A DNA stretch of 64,000 bases from Candidatus Latescibacterota bacterium (GTDB lineage: Bacteria; Latescibacterota; UBA2968): the NCBI GenBank assembly GCA_965207885.1, contig OZ242311.1, positions 1,440,001 to 1,504,000 on the forward strand, read 5' to 3'. The translations under genes and the position numbers were made by a program. The first letter of the stretch is position 1; each line of letters opens with the position of its first letter. Of this stretch, positions 28,929 to 38,766 are shown piece by piece. Below the pieces are notes generated by a model. It was not told where the DNA came from and made no database searches. It saw only the letters and a program-made list of their open reading frames with translations.

Positions 28929-30107
28929 CTATCTCCCACGCGACGTATAAACGCGACCGCCCTTGACAACCGCAACCGGCACCAGATTCTGCCGACCCAT
29001 CCGAACTTCTCCGCGCGAATCCTCAAGCCGAAACGCCCCTTCTCGCAACTCAAACACCACAGCATCCCCAAACGCTCCCTTTGCCAGCGTCCCCACCTCG
29101 CCCTTCATCCCAATCACCTCAGCAGGCACAGACGTCACGCGCGAGATCGCCTCTTCCATCGACAGACCCAGATGCAAAAATTTTGTCACCACAGACGCGA
29201 GATCGTAAACAGGACCATTTACATTGTAAATATGCAAATCTGATGAAATCGTAGTCGGCAGAACATCCTGTGACATCGCCGCCTCGACAATCTCCCACGA
29301 AAAAGACCCCGCCCCGTGTCCCACATCGAACACAACGCCCCCCTCAACCGCATCCAGAACCGAATCGCGGATGCGACCTTCGCCATCGAGAATCCCGCAC
29401 GGAAAGTCGTGAAAACAATGCGTCAAAATATCTCCGCTCTTCATCACCTTCAAAATATCGTCAATTGAATCGCACCACGCATCCTGCGGATGCACCATAA
29501 TCGGCAACCCGGCCGCATCTGCCGCCTCTCTCGCTCTGTGCAAAGGCAGCATCCCGGACCGCTCGCTGACAATACTATTCCGCGTCAGCCGAACCTTCAC
29601 CCCGAGAACAATATCGCGGTGCTGTTCAATCATGCGGCATGCCTTATCCACATCCGCGTATTCGGGAATCTCGAACTCGCCAATCTCGGCAGTCAGCATA
29701 CCCTGCGACGAGATATTCATCTGCGCCAGAATCCGCGTCTCGCTCACATCGATCACGTACTTCCGGAACCCCGGAAAAATATCTGCACCAGCAGACCCCG
29801 CATCGACCACAGTCGTCGCGCCTCGCGCAAGACATGTAGGATCGGGTTCAATACCGTAATGGCTGACACCTGCAAATACATGGACGTGAATATCGATCAA
29901 CCCCGGCGTCACCACACAACCCGCAGCATCAATCACCTCGCGGGCATCGCCCGTATCCAGATCTTCCCCAACAGCAGCAACCAGTCCCCCTGCGAACGCC
30001 ACATCCCGCACGGCACTGAGGCTTTCCGCCGGATCGACCAGCGTCCCGCCCTTGATGAGCAAATCGTATCGCATCGCAACCCCCTTCTCGTAAATTCCTT
30101 CACTCAC
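28929..30107 (-). CDS. Amidohydrolase / dihydroorotase-like metallohydrolase
   Basis: PGLIDIHVH, G.TTVVDAGSAG, THCFH, DVGHG.GSF, TISSDLH. Confidence 0.9.
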   Translation of the reverse strand: MSEGIYEKGVAMRYDLLIKGGTLVDPAESLSAVRDVAFAGGLVAAVGEDLDTGDAREVIDAAGCVVTPGLIDIHVHVFAGVSHYGIEPDPTCLARGATTVVDAGSAGADIFPGFRKYVIDVSETRILAQMNISSQGMLTAEIGEFEIPEYADVDKACRMIEQHRDIVLGVKVRLTRNSIVSERSGMLPLHRAREAADAAGLPIMVHPQDAWCDSIDDILKVMKSGDILTHCFHDFPCGILDGEGRIRDSVLDAVEGGVVFDVGHGAGSFSWEIVEAAMSQDVLPTTISSDLHIYNVNGPVYDLASVVTKFLHLGLSMEEAISRVTSVPAEVIGMKGEVGTLAKGAFGDAVVFELREGAFRLEDSRGEVRMGRQNLVPVAVVKGGRVYTSRGR

Positions 30108-30886
30108 CCGGCGTGTACGCGCGGCATGATCAAGCGGCGTTTACGCGCCAGGGGCAAACCGGCAAAAGCGCAACGGTTATTCCACTGATCTATAGCCGCG
30201 GCACTTTTGTATTCGTTAATAATGGCGTGGCGGCCCCGCTGGGTATAGTTATGCCCAGCTCTGTGTACGACCAGCACGTGAATAATCGCCACATCGCCGG
30301 GTTGCGCGCTCAGAACAACTGGACGTTCGGGAGCAATCAAATCATCTGCAATCGAGTGACCTCTGTACGTGGGAAACTCGCCCTCACGGTGAGAACCAGG
30401 CACCACCTCAGTGGCCCCGGCCTCAAAATCAGTGGGATCGAGATACGTGATTGCCGCGGCCAGATCCGGAATCGTATGCCGCTCGTACGGCCAATCCTGA
30501 TGCCAGCTCTGCGCGCAGAAAAAACCGGGTGGTTTATTGCGGATCTTCCCATTGTGAAAATCGAGATCAGGCCCCAAAAGATCAACCATAACCGAAACAA
30601 TGCGCGGCTCGGTGAACTGATCGAACCAGTAGTCATCAGCCAGCGTCTGATCCATCATACCCACCACATTCTCCGGATTAAAAGGATCGGGCTGATACCC
30701 CTCGGGCACCTCCATAAAACTGTAGCGCATATTTTGGGGACGACCTTCTGTGCGGACGACCAGATCGTGGAAACGGCCGCGCATCTCCTTCATTTCTCGG
30801 GAATCGTAAAAACCCTCCAAAAAGAGAAAGCCATCCTCGTCAAAAGCACGCTTCTGCTCTGGCGTCAAAATCAACAAATCAGACAT
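30104..30886 (-). CDS. Phytanoyl-CoA dioxygenase (PhyH) family protein
   Basis: F.EDGFL, WHQD, VPGSH, PGD.....VVHRAG.N. Confidence 0.9.
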   Translation of the reverse strand: MSDLLILTPEQKRAFDEDGFLFLEGFYDSREMKEMRGRFHDLVVRTEGRPQNMRYSFMEVPEGYQPDPFNPENVVGMMDQTLADDYWFDQFTEPRIVSVMVDLLGPDLDFHNGKIRNKPPGFFCAQSWHQDWPYERHTIPDLAAAITYLDPTDFEAGATEVVPGSHREGEFPTYRGHSIADDLIAPERPVVLSAQPGDVAIIHVLVVHRAGHNYTQRGRHAIINEYKSAAAIDQWNNRCAFAGLPLARKRRLIMPRVHAG

Positions 30887-30898
30887 GACACAATCCTC

Positions 30899-31861
30899 CT
30901 ATAACAACACGGGCAATAGATAAGCGATAGCAACACTAACGATCAGACCGAAAGTGATCTTTGCGAAATCGGAAAGCACCAGACGCGACACCTCCCGGCG
31001 GCTACGGTGCTTCTCGTTCCCTGCAACGGCGATCTCGCGTCCTGCCAGCAGACCAACGAAAACCCAGGTCGTACTCATCGGGAGCTTGCTAACTTCCTTA
31101 AACAGGAACAGCACAATGCCGTAAATCAAATCTACAAACGTCGCCGAACGGATATCAGTAGTATTCGTCTTCGTCAACACCACCTTCTGGATCGCACCGC
31201 CATGCGTATAAAAGATAACGGCTTGCATAGCCAGCATGGCGACAATGGATACAATGAACCATTCCACGGGTATGTCTGGGATACGAGTAACCGGGTCGCG
31301 CGGCAGGAAAACATAGATATTGGCCAGATCCTGAATCAGCCACTGGCTCCAGAGAAAACCGGTTGAGCACCACTGAGCCACCACCCACCAGGGACTTTTC
31401 GGTCCCTCCGTTTGCCTGAAACGGGACTCTAACCCCCGCGTAACCAGCCTGTAAATAAAGATAGCGGCCACGAATGCCGTCGCATATCCAGCCAACGACT
31501 TGATCAGCATGCTCGGCAATGCCTTTGGTGCAAACACAGTCAGCGTCAGGAAAGTAGTACTAACCGGAATACCTCCGCGGGTCAGCAAAAGCAGTACAAA
31601 AGGCGGGATACAGTAAACCCAGTTAAAATGGTCTGGCACTGTAATCGCCGTAAGCCTCCCATACGAGACATCGCCATCATAGACCACCCACCCATACACG
31701 AGGACCACAGTCAGAATGCCGCCGCCAAAGAGCCACAGCACCCACCAGGGACGGTGAGAGTTGGAGCTGAGAAACGTCCCCAGCGTCTGAATTGCGTCGT
31801 TGCCGACAATAGAATACGCACCGAGCAAAAAGCCGATGACCATTAAAACTTCCAAACTCAT
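30899..31861 (-). CDS. Multi-pass membrane protein, PiT/PHO4-like transporter
   Basis: GND near the N-terminus and duplicated PVSTT / PMSTT motifs. Confidence 0.6.
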   Translation of the reverse strand: MSLEVLMVIGFLLGAYSIVGNDAIQTLGTFLSSNSHRPWWVLWLFGGGILTVVLVYGWVVYDGDVSYGRLTAITVPDHFNWVYCIPPFVLLLLTRGGIPVSTTFLTLTVFAPKALPSMLIKSLAGYATAFVAAIFIYRLVTRGLESRFRQTEGPKSPWWVVAQWCSTGFLWSQWLIQDLANIYVFLPRDPVTRIPDIPVEWFIVSIVAMLAMQAVIFYTHGGAIQKVVLTKTNTTDIRSATFVDLIYGIVLFLFKEVSKLPMSTTWVFVGLLAGREIAVAGNEKHRSRREVSRLVLSDFAKITFGLIVSVAIAYLLPVLL

Positions 31862-31944
31862 AAATCCCCTCCCTATAAGGTTGTGTTAAATCCATTACCC
31901 GAGTCATGGCAGATATTCAACGAATGATTGCGATGATACGCATA

Positions 31945-33414
31945 TCACGCAATCGAAAGATCAAATTTAACACGCGACTGATCGGGTGCAGCGGTAAATG
32001 TGACGATCGCCGTGGTACCTGTAATCTCAACGGCTCGCTGTGCGATATCCGTCTCAATCCCAATCTCGAGACCATCCAGACGCCACACATCCCCTTCGAA
32101 CACAGCCACATTTGGCGAAAAAATCTCAAACACAAACTCCCGCGGATGTCCGGCCTCTGTCTGCTGCTCACCTTTGATCTCAGCCTCAATCGACAGACGG
32201 CCTAATTCCGCCTTTGCCGCAATCTGTCCAATATGCCGCAACGCGAGCCAACCGGTCTCTCCATCTGACATGCGCCAGTGGATCGTCGCCGGATGGTATT
32301 GAAAATTGCGGCCAGAATAGCCACCCGAATCCTCTGCACCGATCATGTAATGCTCATCCAGCCACGCGGTTGCAACGCGCTCTGGTTCAGTCGTAATCCG
32401 TTTCTCGACACCTCGCGGACCCTCAAATACCGAAAAAGCGGCAGCGATTTCTAGCGGCGCATCAACTCCCAGAATCGCAAGACAAGGTCCATAATTGAAC
32501 TCCGCGTTAATCTCCTCTCCCCCCGGAAACGGCGTCATTTCACGGCCAAACGCGAGCCAGATATGCAAACTCGTAAGCGCGGTATAATGCTTCATATCCA
32601 TTCCATAGCTACGCGAAAAAGGCCCGCAGAGATTGCCCAATCCCGCGTGATAATAGCGCGCAATATCCCGCCAGAGTTCTGCCTCCATATACGCACCCAA
32701 TTCGTGGAGCGCGCTATTCTCCAGATAGCGTCGCCAGAAACCGAGCGCGTAGAGATTCACACCGTAGTACGTCGGTGAATTGTACTCCGCAAAAGCATTA
32801 TTCTGCGCGAACAGGCGATAGACCTCACCCCCAAACTCCTCGCCGTATAAAACCATCTCATCGTTACCGATCCGCTTCCCAACCCACACGCACATCGCAG
32901 CCTTCATCAAAGCGATATTCGAATACGTCGGCGGACAGCGATCCGGTGGCTCGCCCACAACAGCCATCTCCAAAGACCGGATCATGCGATCAATCAATCG
33001 CCGGGGCAACCGATCCTCATACTCCTCAAGCACAGTCGCAAACCCAAGCCCGATAAACTGCCGCCAGTTCGGATCATAGGTACGCCACATCACGGCATCA
33101 CCCTCTGAGGGATGCGGCTCGCCCACATAGCGATAAAAAGTACCGTGGTATGGCTTCCCCGGCTCATCGAACTGATTATCGATAATCGCATCAATCGTAC
33201 GGCACACTTGCTCAACATCAGCACCCCGATTGCGAAGCAGAAGCCCCACCGCGAACCAGACCGCATTCCGAACCATCAGCACCGCATCATCTTGGCGATG
33301 AGACCACAACAACGCGCTATCGGGATCCCAGAACCCCTCTGACCACTCGAGCGACTCGGTTGCGAGATGTCTCGCATAAGGCGACAAATCGGATAAAGAA
33401 ATTCCTTCAGACAT
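31945..33414 (-). CDS. Hypothetical protein (possible alpha-barrel lyase-like fold)
   Basis: 489-aa ORF with host-like composition; motifs DPNWRQF, EYNSPTYYG, GP.SR.YG. Confidence 0.7.
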   Translation of the reverse strand: MSEGISLSDLSPYARHLATESLEWSEGFWDPDSALLWSHRQDDAVLMVRNAVWFAVGLLLRNRGADVEQVCRTIDAIIDNQFDEPGKPYHGTFYRYVGEPHPSEGDAVMWRTYDPNWRQFIGLGFATVLEEYEDRLPRRLIDRMIRSLEMAVVGEPPDRCPPTYSNIALMKAAMCVWVGKRIGNDEMVLYGEEFGGEVYRLFAQNNAFAEYNSPTYYGVNLYALGFWRRYLENSALHELGAYMEAELWRDIARYYHAGLGNLCGPFSRSYGMDMKHYTALTSLHIWLAFGREMTPFPGGEEINAEFNYGPCLAILGVDAPLEIAAAFSVFEGPRGVEKRITTEPERVATAWLDEHYMIGAEDSGGYSGRNFQYHPATIHWRMSDGETGWLALRHIGQIAAKAELGRLSIEAEIKGEQQTEAGHPREFVFEIFSPNVAVFEGDVWRLDGLEIGIETDIAQRAVEITGTTAIVTFTAAPDQSRVKFDLSIA

Positions 33415-33495
33415 CGCGTGTTCCCATGTTCAAATTTGCGTCCTTCATAATATACGCCCTCACTGCAAATCCCTTACTGAAAAATTTTCATTGGG

Positions 33496-34200
33496 CTATG
33501 CCCCCGCCGCATGTTGCCGCAACACTTCGGCAATACGCGTGAAGCGCGTATCCTCGGGAAACTGCTCAAGCCATTCCATCAACGTCTTATTATCCTCTGT
33601 AAACTCGGCATCGGGATCGGCACCATTTTCCAAAAGCAAAGTAACCGTATCGAGATGCCCGTGCCCGCCAGCGCAATACAAAACCGTATGTCCGCGATCA
33701 TTTGTGACATTGACATCTGCGCCATGTGCGATCAACAGACGCACGATTTCCGTATCGCCATTGCGTGCCGCGTGATGCACAGGCTGATCGCCGCGACCAT
33801 CTACCGCCGTCGCCAGATGGGGATGCCTGTTGAGCAATGCCTGCACCCGCGCTATATCCGCGAGAAAGACGGCCCCCAGGAACTGCCGAGACAAATCATC
33901 AGCCGGACGAACATGGGGATCCAGAGCACCGTATTGAATAAGCAGCGAAACAATATTTTTATTATTCGGAACCTCGCCAGCGTAGTGCAACACATAGCCA
34001 TCATGAGCGGACAGATCGGCACCCGCCTCAATAAGCAGCCGCACAATATCCTCGTGTCGCCAGAGTCCCGCGTGGAAAATTGGCCGCCATCCGTATTCAT
34101 CATCCGCGTCAACAACAGTGGGATCGACTGCGATCATTTCGCGCACAGCGTCGATATCCCCACGCCTGCATGCACCGTGAATCGTCGATATATCACTCAT
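33496..34200 (-). CDS. Ankyrin repeat protein
   Basis: Repeats such as G..P.HHAARNG.TEIVRLLI.HGADVN. Confidence 0.92.
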   Translation of the reverse strand: MSDISTIHGACRRGDIDAVREMIAVDPTVVDADDEYGWRPIFHAGLWRHEDIVRLLIEAGADLSAHDGYVLHYAGEVPNNKNIVSLLIQYGALDPHVRPADDLSRQFLGAVFLADIARVQALLNRHPHLATAVDGRGDQPVHHAARNGDTEIVRLLIAHGADVNVTNDRGHTVLYCAGGHGHLDTVTLLLENGADPDAEFTEDNKTLMEWLEQFPEDTRFTRIAEVLRQHAAGA

Positions 34201-34203
34201 CGC

Positions 34204-34785
34204 TCATCTCCATCTTTTCAAAAACGCCTCAAACTCATTCATATTGGTCACCCCTTCGTCTAGTACAGCTCGGTAAATATCTTGACTTGAAAAGGATCGG
34301 CGATAACCGGGATCCTGCCAGCATTGTGACTTAATCCTGAGAATACTCAGACGTGTCTCTGGCGTTAATCGTCTGGTCAGATCAGCCTCGTAAGCAATCG
34401 CCTGTTGGTATTGGTCTCCATCCAGCGTCCAAATATCAATCTTCCAATCCCCTCTGCGCTCATCTCCCAGATAAACACCCCAGTAAAGCCCCCTTGGAAG
34501 CCCTTCAGTCTGACCAATCCGTTCATTGCGAAAATGCATCTTCACAGGACAAAGGGTCGCAGCAATCTGTCCCCCGAGATGAAAAAAGCGCGTTTCCACA
34601 ATCTCATCCGCCTCCAAATAGATATCCAGATCTCTCCATGTCATCAGTTGCAGTACATAACTACCCGCTATATGGGGAATGCCATATCTCATCAAAAGGC
34701 TCAGTAGTCCCTTTTGATGAAGAATTTTATCCGCTTCGCGACGAATCAACTGATCGGTTTCTATTAAGTTATTGGACACGTTCAC
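34204..34785 (-). CDS. Hypothetical protein, nucleotidyltransferase-like
   Basis: GSY.L.LMTWRDLDI and WKIDIW motifs. Confidence 0.65.
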   Translation of the reverse strand: MNVSNNLIETDQLIRREADKILHQKGLLSLLMRYGIPHIAGSYVLQLMTWRDLDIYLEADEIVETRFFHLGGQIAATLCPVKMHFRNERIGQTEGLPRGLYWGVYLGDERRGDWKIDIWTLDGDQYQQAIAYEADLTRRLTPETRLSILRIKSQCWQDPGYRRSFSSQDIYRAVLDEGVTNMNEFEAFLKRWR

Positions 34786-34823
34786 CCTTAATTATTTGTG
34801 TGTATTAAACTTCAGCCCATGCA

Positions 34824-35126
34824 TTAGTCCTCCGTCTCAACGAGAGACCAACGCTTGCTCATGCGTTTAAGTTCAGGAAGATGCTGAGGCCAATCGTGTA
34901 AAGTGGCTGGGTCAAAGTCAGCTCCATTCGGCCATACCAGAGTATGGACCTCTGGATCAATCCGAACTTGATTAAATAACGATACATCGCGAAGTGGACC
35001 GAATAACTCACCTTCCAATATGGCCTGGAAATCGATAATCTGTTCCGAATTATCGTCAAAACAAACGCGAAGTGTATAGGGTGCCTGTATTTCAAAAAAT
35101 ATCACGCGATATATAGGATGGCGCAT
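34824..35126 (-). CDS. DUF2442 family protein (putative antitoxin, orphan)
   Basis: L...FDD, G..F.PL.D...F.QV, T..WPNGADFDP..L; RBS AAGGAG. Confidence 0.88.
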   Translation of the reverse strand: MRHPIYRVIFFEIQAPYTLRVCFDDNSEQIIDFQAILEGELFGPLRDVSLFNQVRIDPEVHTLVWPNGADFDPATLHDWPQHLPELKRMSKRWSLVETED

Positions 35127-35137
35127 GTCAGTCTCCT

Positions 35138-35161
35138 TTATCGAAGAGGATCAATTTTGAA
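35138..35161 (-). pseudogene. Probable 3' stump of the DUF4160 partner gene
   Basis: FKIDPLR* immediately before the DUF2442 RBS, resembling the KI[DE]PL ending of DUF4160 proteins. Confidence 0.5.
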
Positions 35162-35168
35162 TTAATGC

Positions 35169-35783
35169 TTATCGTCGCGGGCGTCTGCGAGCAATAACAG
35201 AATGAAAACAAAAGCCATCTCGAGGTTCTAATCTGCGATAGTACTCCAATCTGAATGACTTCTGCAGAACTTTGAGCAGCGTCTCTGTCCTTCTCAAAGA
35301 AAAAAACCGCTTTGGTTCGTAAGAATCTCGCTCCAAAATACCCTCAAAATCATCGCCTCCCCACACGCCAACATACATCAACCCGTCCTCCACAAGCCGA
35401 GCCGCAATCAAATCGAAAACCTCATCTATATCTGCCTGCGGAATATGCAGCAGACAATTCATAGAATACACCGCATCAAAAGTCTCGCTCAACTGACCGA
35501 GATTATAGCAATCCAAAACGCGAGCGGAAACGCCCTTTTCTCTCGTCAGCTTCACCATCGCAGGTACATTGTCAACCGCAACAACCTCGAACCCTTGCTC
35601 CTGAAAAAATTTCGCATCGTGACCGGGACCACATCCCACCTCGAGAATAGAACATCGTTGTTCATCTCTCAGGCGCTGCAAAAACTCACTTCTCTCTCTC
35701 GCCTTAAACGCATCGGTAGAGCTATGCTCCCTCTCCAGCGCATGTCTTTCATACGAGGCAATCAAGCTGTTGGTGAACTTCAT
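35169..35783 (-). CDS. Class I SAM-dependent methyltransferase
   Basis: LEVGCGPG, FDAVYSMNCLLH; RBS GGAGG. Confidence 0.9.
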   Translation of the reverse strand: MKFTNSLIASYERHALEREHSSTDAFKARERSEFLQRLRDEQRCSILEVGCGPGHDAKFFQEQGFEVVAVDNVPAMVKLTREKGVSARVLDCYNLGQLSETFDAVYSMNCLLHIPQADIDEVFDLIAARLVEDGLMYVGVWGGDDFEGILERDSYEPKRFFSLRRTETLLKVLQKSFRLEYYRRLEPRDGFCFHSVIARRRPRR

Positions 35784-35821
35784 GAAAACCTCCTCAAAAT
35801 GGATTGGCAGATGGGAACAGC

Positions 35822-35850
35822 TTGATTTTCAGCCACAGCCTCCTTATTAT
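35822..35850 (+). promoter_or_regulatory. sigma70-type promoter of the GS-family gene
   Basis: TTGATT-17 bp-TATTAT. Confidence 0.55.
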
Positions 35851-35906
35851 GCCTCGCAACATCCACAAAACCAAAGACATTTTTTGTAGATAGGGCAAAA
35901 AACTTT

Positions 35907-37271
35907 ATGACAACAGATCAAATCAAAGCGCGTCTTGAAAGCGACAAAATACAAAAAATTAAACTCGCTGGCTTCGACATCGACGGCGTTATGCGCGGCA
36001 AATACATATCGCTCGACAAATTTTTTTCTGCCATGGAAAAAGGCCTGGGCTTCTGCGATGTGACATTCGGCTGGGATATGATCGATCAACTCTACGAACA
36101 ACCCACCGTCACGGGCTGGCATACCGGATACCCGGACCTCCTCGCCAAAATTGACCTGAGCACCTATCGCGTAATACCCTGGGAGCAGAATACCGCGTTA
36201 TTTTTACTCGACTTTTACGAAAACAAAAATCAGCCACTTGCGGTATCCCCGCGCCAACTGCTCCAAACAGTCGTACGCAAAGCGAATGACATGGGATTCC
36301 AGCCATACATGTCCGCAGAATACGAATACTTCATCTTTCGGGAAACACCCCATTCCCTGGAAGACAAAGGGTTTGAGAACCTGACCCCACTCTCGCCCGG
36401 CTGGTTTGGCTACAGTATATTGCGGGCATCTGCGGCTTCAGAATTTGTCCACGCAATCATTGATGGAATGGGAGCGTATAAAGTTGAACTGGAAGGGATA
36501 CACACCGAAACGGGACCCGGCGTATATGAAACCGCGATTCGTTACGACACGGCATGCAACGCCGCGGACAAAGCCGCGCTATTCAAAACAGGCGTCAAAG
36601 AGATACTATCCAGACACGAACTCGTCGCAACCTTTATGGCGAGATGGAGTCCAGACTACCCCGGTTGCAGCGGGCACCTGCACCAGAGCTTGTGGAATTT
36701 AGAGGGAGACACAAATCTATTTGCCGATGAATCAGAAGTGTCGGGTATGTCCCAAATAATGAAACACTATATCGCGGGACAAATTGCTGCAATGCCCCAC
36801 ATGATGGCACTGATATGCCCGACCATCAACGCCTACAAGCGGACAGTCCCCGGAGCCTGGGCACCGACCAACGCCTCCTGGGGCATTGAAAATAGAACCG
36901 CATCTCTCCGCGCGATTCCAGGTACATCCCCTGAATCCACGCGCACCGAATATCGACTGGCAGGTGCAGACGCCAATCCTCACATCTCGATAGCGGCCAG
37001 CCTCGCCGCCGGACTATACGGCATAGAGCATCAACTCGACCCCGACGAGCCATTCAACGGCAATGCCTACGAAGCTCCCGAAGGGCGATTTGCACCATTG
37101 CCAAAATCACTTGAAGAAGCGACAGATCAATTAAAAAATAGCGAAATTACCCGCGCTTGCCTCGGCGACGCATTTGTGGATCACTTCGCAATCACACGCG
37201 AACACGAAATTGCGGAATATCGCCGCGCCATAACGGATTGGGAACTCAAGCGATACTTTGAGATCATCTGA
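35907..37271 (+). CDS. Glutamine synthetase family protein (probably a gamma-glutamyl ligase)
   Basis: DIDGVMRGK, EYEY, ETGPGVYE, ATFMA, GCSGHLHQSL, WGIENRT, EYRLAGADANP. Confidence 0.9.
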   Translation: MTTDQIKARLESDKIQKIKLAGFDIDGVMRGKYISLDKFFSAMEKGLGFCDVTFGWDMIDQLYEQPTVTGWHTGYPDLLAKIDLSTYRVIPWEQNTALFLLDFYENKNQPLAVSPRQLLQTVVRKANDMGFQPYMSAEYEYFIFRETPHSLEDKGFENLTPLSPGWFGYSILRASAASEFVHAIIDGMGAYKVELEGIHTETGPGVYETAIRYDTACNAADKAALFKTGVKEILSRHELVATFMARWSPDYPGCSGHLHQSLWNLEGDTNLFADESEVSGMSQIMKHYIAGQIAAMPHMMALICPTINAYKRTVPGAWAPTNASWGIENRTASLRAIPGTSPESTRTEYRLAGADANPHISIAASLAAGLYGIEHQLDPDEPFNGNAYEAPEGRFAPLPKSLEEATDQLKNSEITRACLGDAFVDHFAITREHEIAEYRRAITDWELKRYFEII

Positions 37272-38766
37272 ACGCCTCCACAATATAATTCCCCACCCGC
37301 AGGGCATTTGCCGCAATCGTCAAACTCGGATTGACGCCGCCAGACGTGGGAAACACGCTCCCATCCGTCACAAACAAATTGTCAATCCCTCTGAACTGGC
37401 AGTTCTCATCCAATACACTCGTCTCTTCATCATCGCCCATACGCACCGACCCCACGCCGTGGGAAAAAGTGTCGATGCGATACGTATGAAAAAAAAGCGC
37501 GCCTGACGCACGCAAAATCCCCCTAGCCTTCTCCACCAGATAATCGCGGCGGTCGCAATCACGCGCTGTGTACTGATGTATGACCTGTGCGCGGCTGATG
37601 CCATAAACATCCTTCTCATCTGCCAGCGCAACGCGATTCTCAAACTGCGGCTCATCCTCTGCAACACACAACAGATTCTGCAAAAAGCCAGCAGCTATTG
37701 CCGTCAGATTTTTAAGTCCAAAAGGCGCGTGGTGCTTCAGTGCTATAGGCGACGGCGTGTAAATATCCTGAATCACCCCAACGGCGCGACCGTCCTGCCC
37801 TCGAAAATCCCCGTAAAAATCAGAAAAACACACCTGCTTGTGAAACACCTGTTCGGGATTCGTGCGAAACGGAAACACCCCTGCCACAACAGCATTGCAA
37901 TGCCGCATCAGAAAACGCCCAATCAAATCGCCCTGCGGAAGCGAATGCAACTCTGACCGCAACAAGATAGCCGGACTTTGCAGCGCCCCTGCAGCGACAA
38001 CAGCAACAGACGCGGGCACTTCAAACGCCTTTTTTGTACGCCGATCCACACACGCCACAGCGCACACGCGCCCCCGTTTGCAAATAACACGCGCAACCTG
38101 CACGCCCGTCAAAATATCAGCCCCTGCATCTTGTGCCAACTTGAGCAAAGTCATCGTCAGATCATTTTTAGCCTCAATTTGACACGGAAACCCATCGCAG
38201 GTCAAACATCGAATACACACGGTTCGCGCTCGATCCGAAAAATTGATCGCCAATGGCATGCGAAAAGGCCGATACCCCAGCGCGCGTCCAGCATCCCAAA
38301 TGCGTTGTGCAGGACGGGACAGTTCAATAGGCGGATACAAATAGTCGCCCGTCCGCGGCGGTTCGCACGGATCAACACCCACTTCTCCATGCACTTCCAA
38401 CAAGCGCTCGACACAATCGTAATGCGGAGCCAGATCCCCATACAAAATCGGCCACGCGACCAGATCTTCTTCGCGCAGCCTCAGCGATGCCCCACCGTAA
38501 AACACGGACATCCCACCAACCACCTCATTCTCGACCACATCTGAAAAATCGCGGTCCTCATATTGCCTCACCCGAAGCGGCGATGGACCTTGATAGCGTT
38601 TCTCAACCAGCACAGAACGGGGATCCCAATCCTTTGCATCGCGCCTTGCCCAATCGCCCCGTTCCAACAGCAAAACCTTCATACCCGCCGCAGCCAACAC
38701 ATAAGCGCAGGCACTACCTCCAAATCCCGTACCGATAATAACGGCGTCGTAATCGTTAAAATTCAT
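37264..38766 (-). CDS. GMC family oxidoreductase
   Basis: IIGTGFGG, CIRC..CDGFPC, HGVGSVRMG, DGSVFP...VNPSLTI.ANALR. Confidence 0.92.
   Translation of the reverse strand: MNFNDYDAVIIGTGFGGSACAYVLAAAGMKVLLLERGDWARRDAKDWDPRSVLVEKRYQGPSPLRVRQYEDRDFSDVVENEVVGGMSVFYGGASLRLREEDLVAWPILYGDLAPHYDCVERLLEVHGEVGVDPCEPPRTGDYLYPPIELSRPAQRIWDAGRALGYRPFRMPLAINFSDRARTVCIRCLTCDGFPCQIEAKNDLTMTLLKLAQDAGADILTGVQVARVICKRGRVCAVACVDRRTKKAFEVPASVAVVAAGALQSPAILLRSELHSLPQGDLIGRFLMRHCNAVVAGVFPFRTNPEQVFHKQVCFSDFYGDFRGQDGRAVGVIQDIYTPSPIALKHHAPFGLKNLTAIAAGFLQNLLCVAEDEPQFENRVALADEKDVYGISRAQVIHQYTARDCDRRDYLVEKARGILRASGALFFHTYRIDTFSHGVGSVRMGDDEETSVLDENCQFRGIDNLFVTDGSVFPTSGGVNPSLTIAANALRVGNYIVEAFR

Noticed and set aside
6704-35783. 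Classical integron or CALIN
   Set aside because: No intI, and most gaps are too short for attC sites and lack RYYYAAC...GTTRRRY stems; judged by eye only
35907-37271. Naming this gene glnA
   Set aside because: The sequence looks closer to GS-like gamma-glutamyl ligases and cannot be resolved by eye
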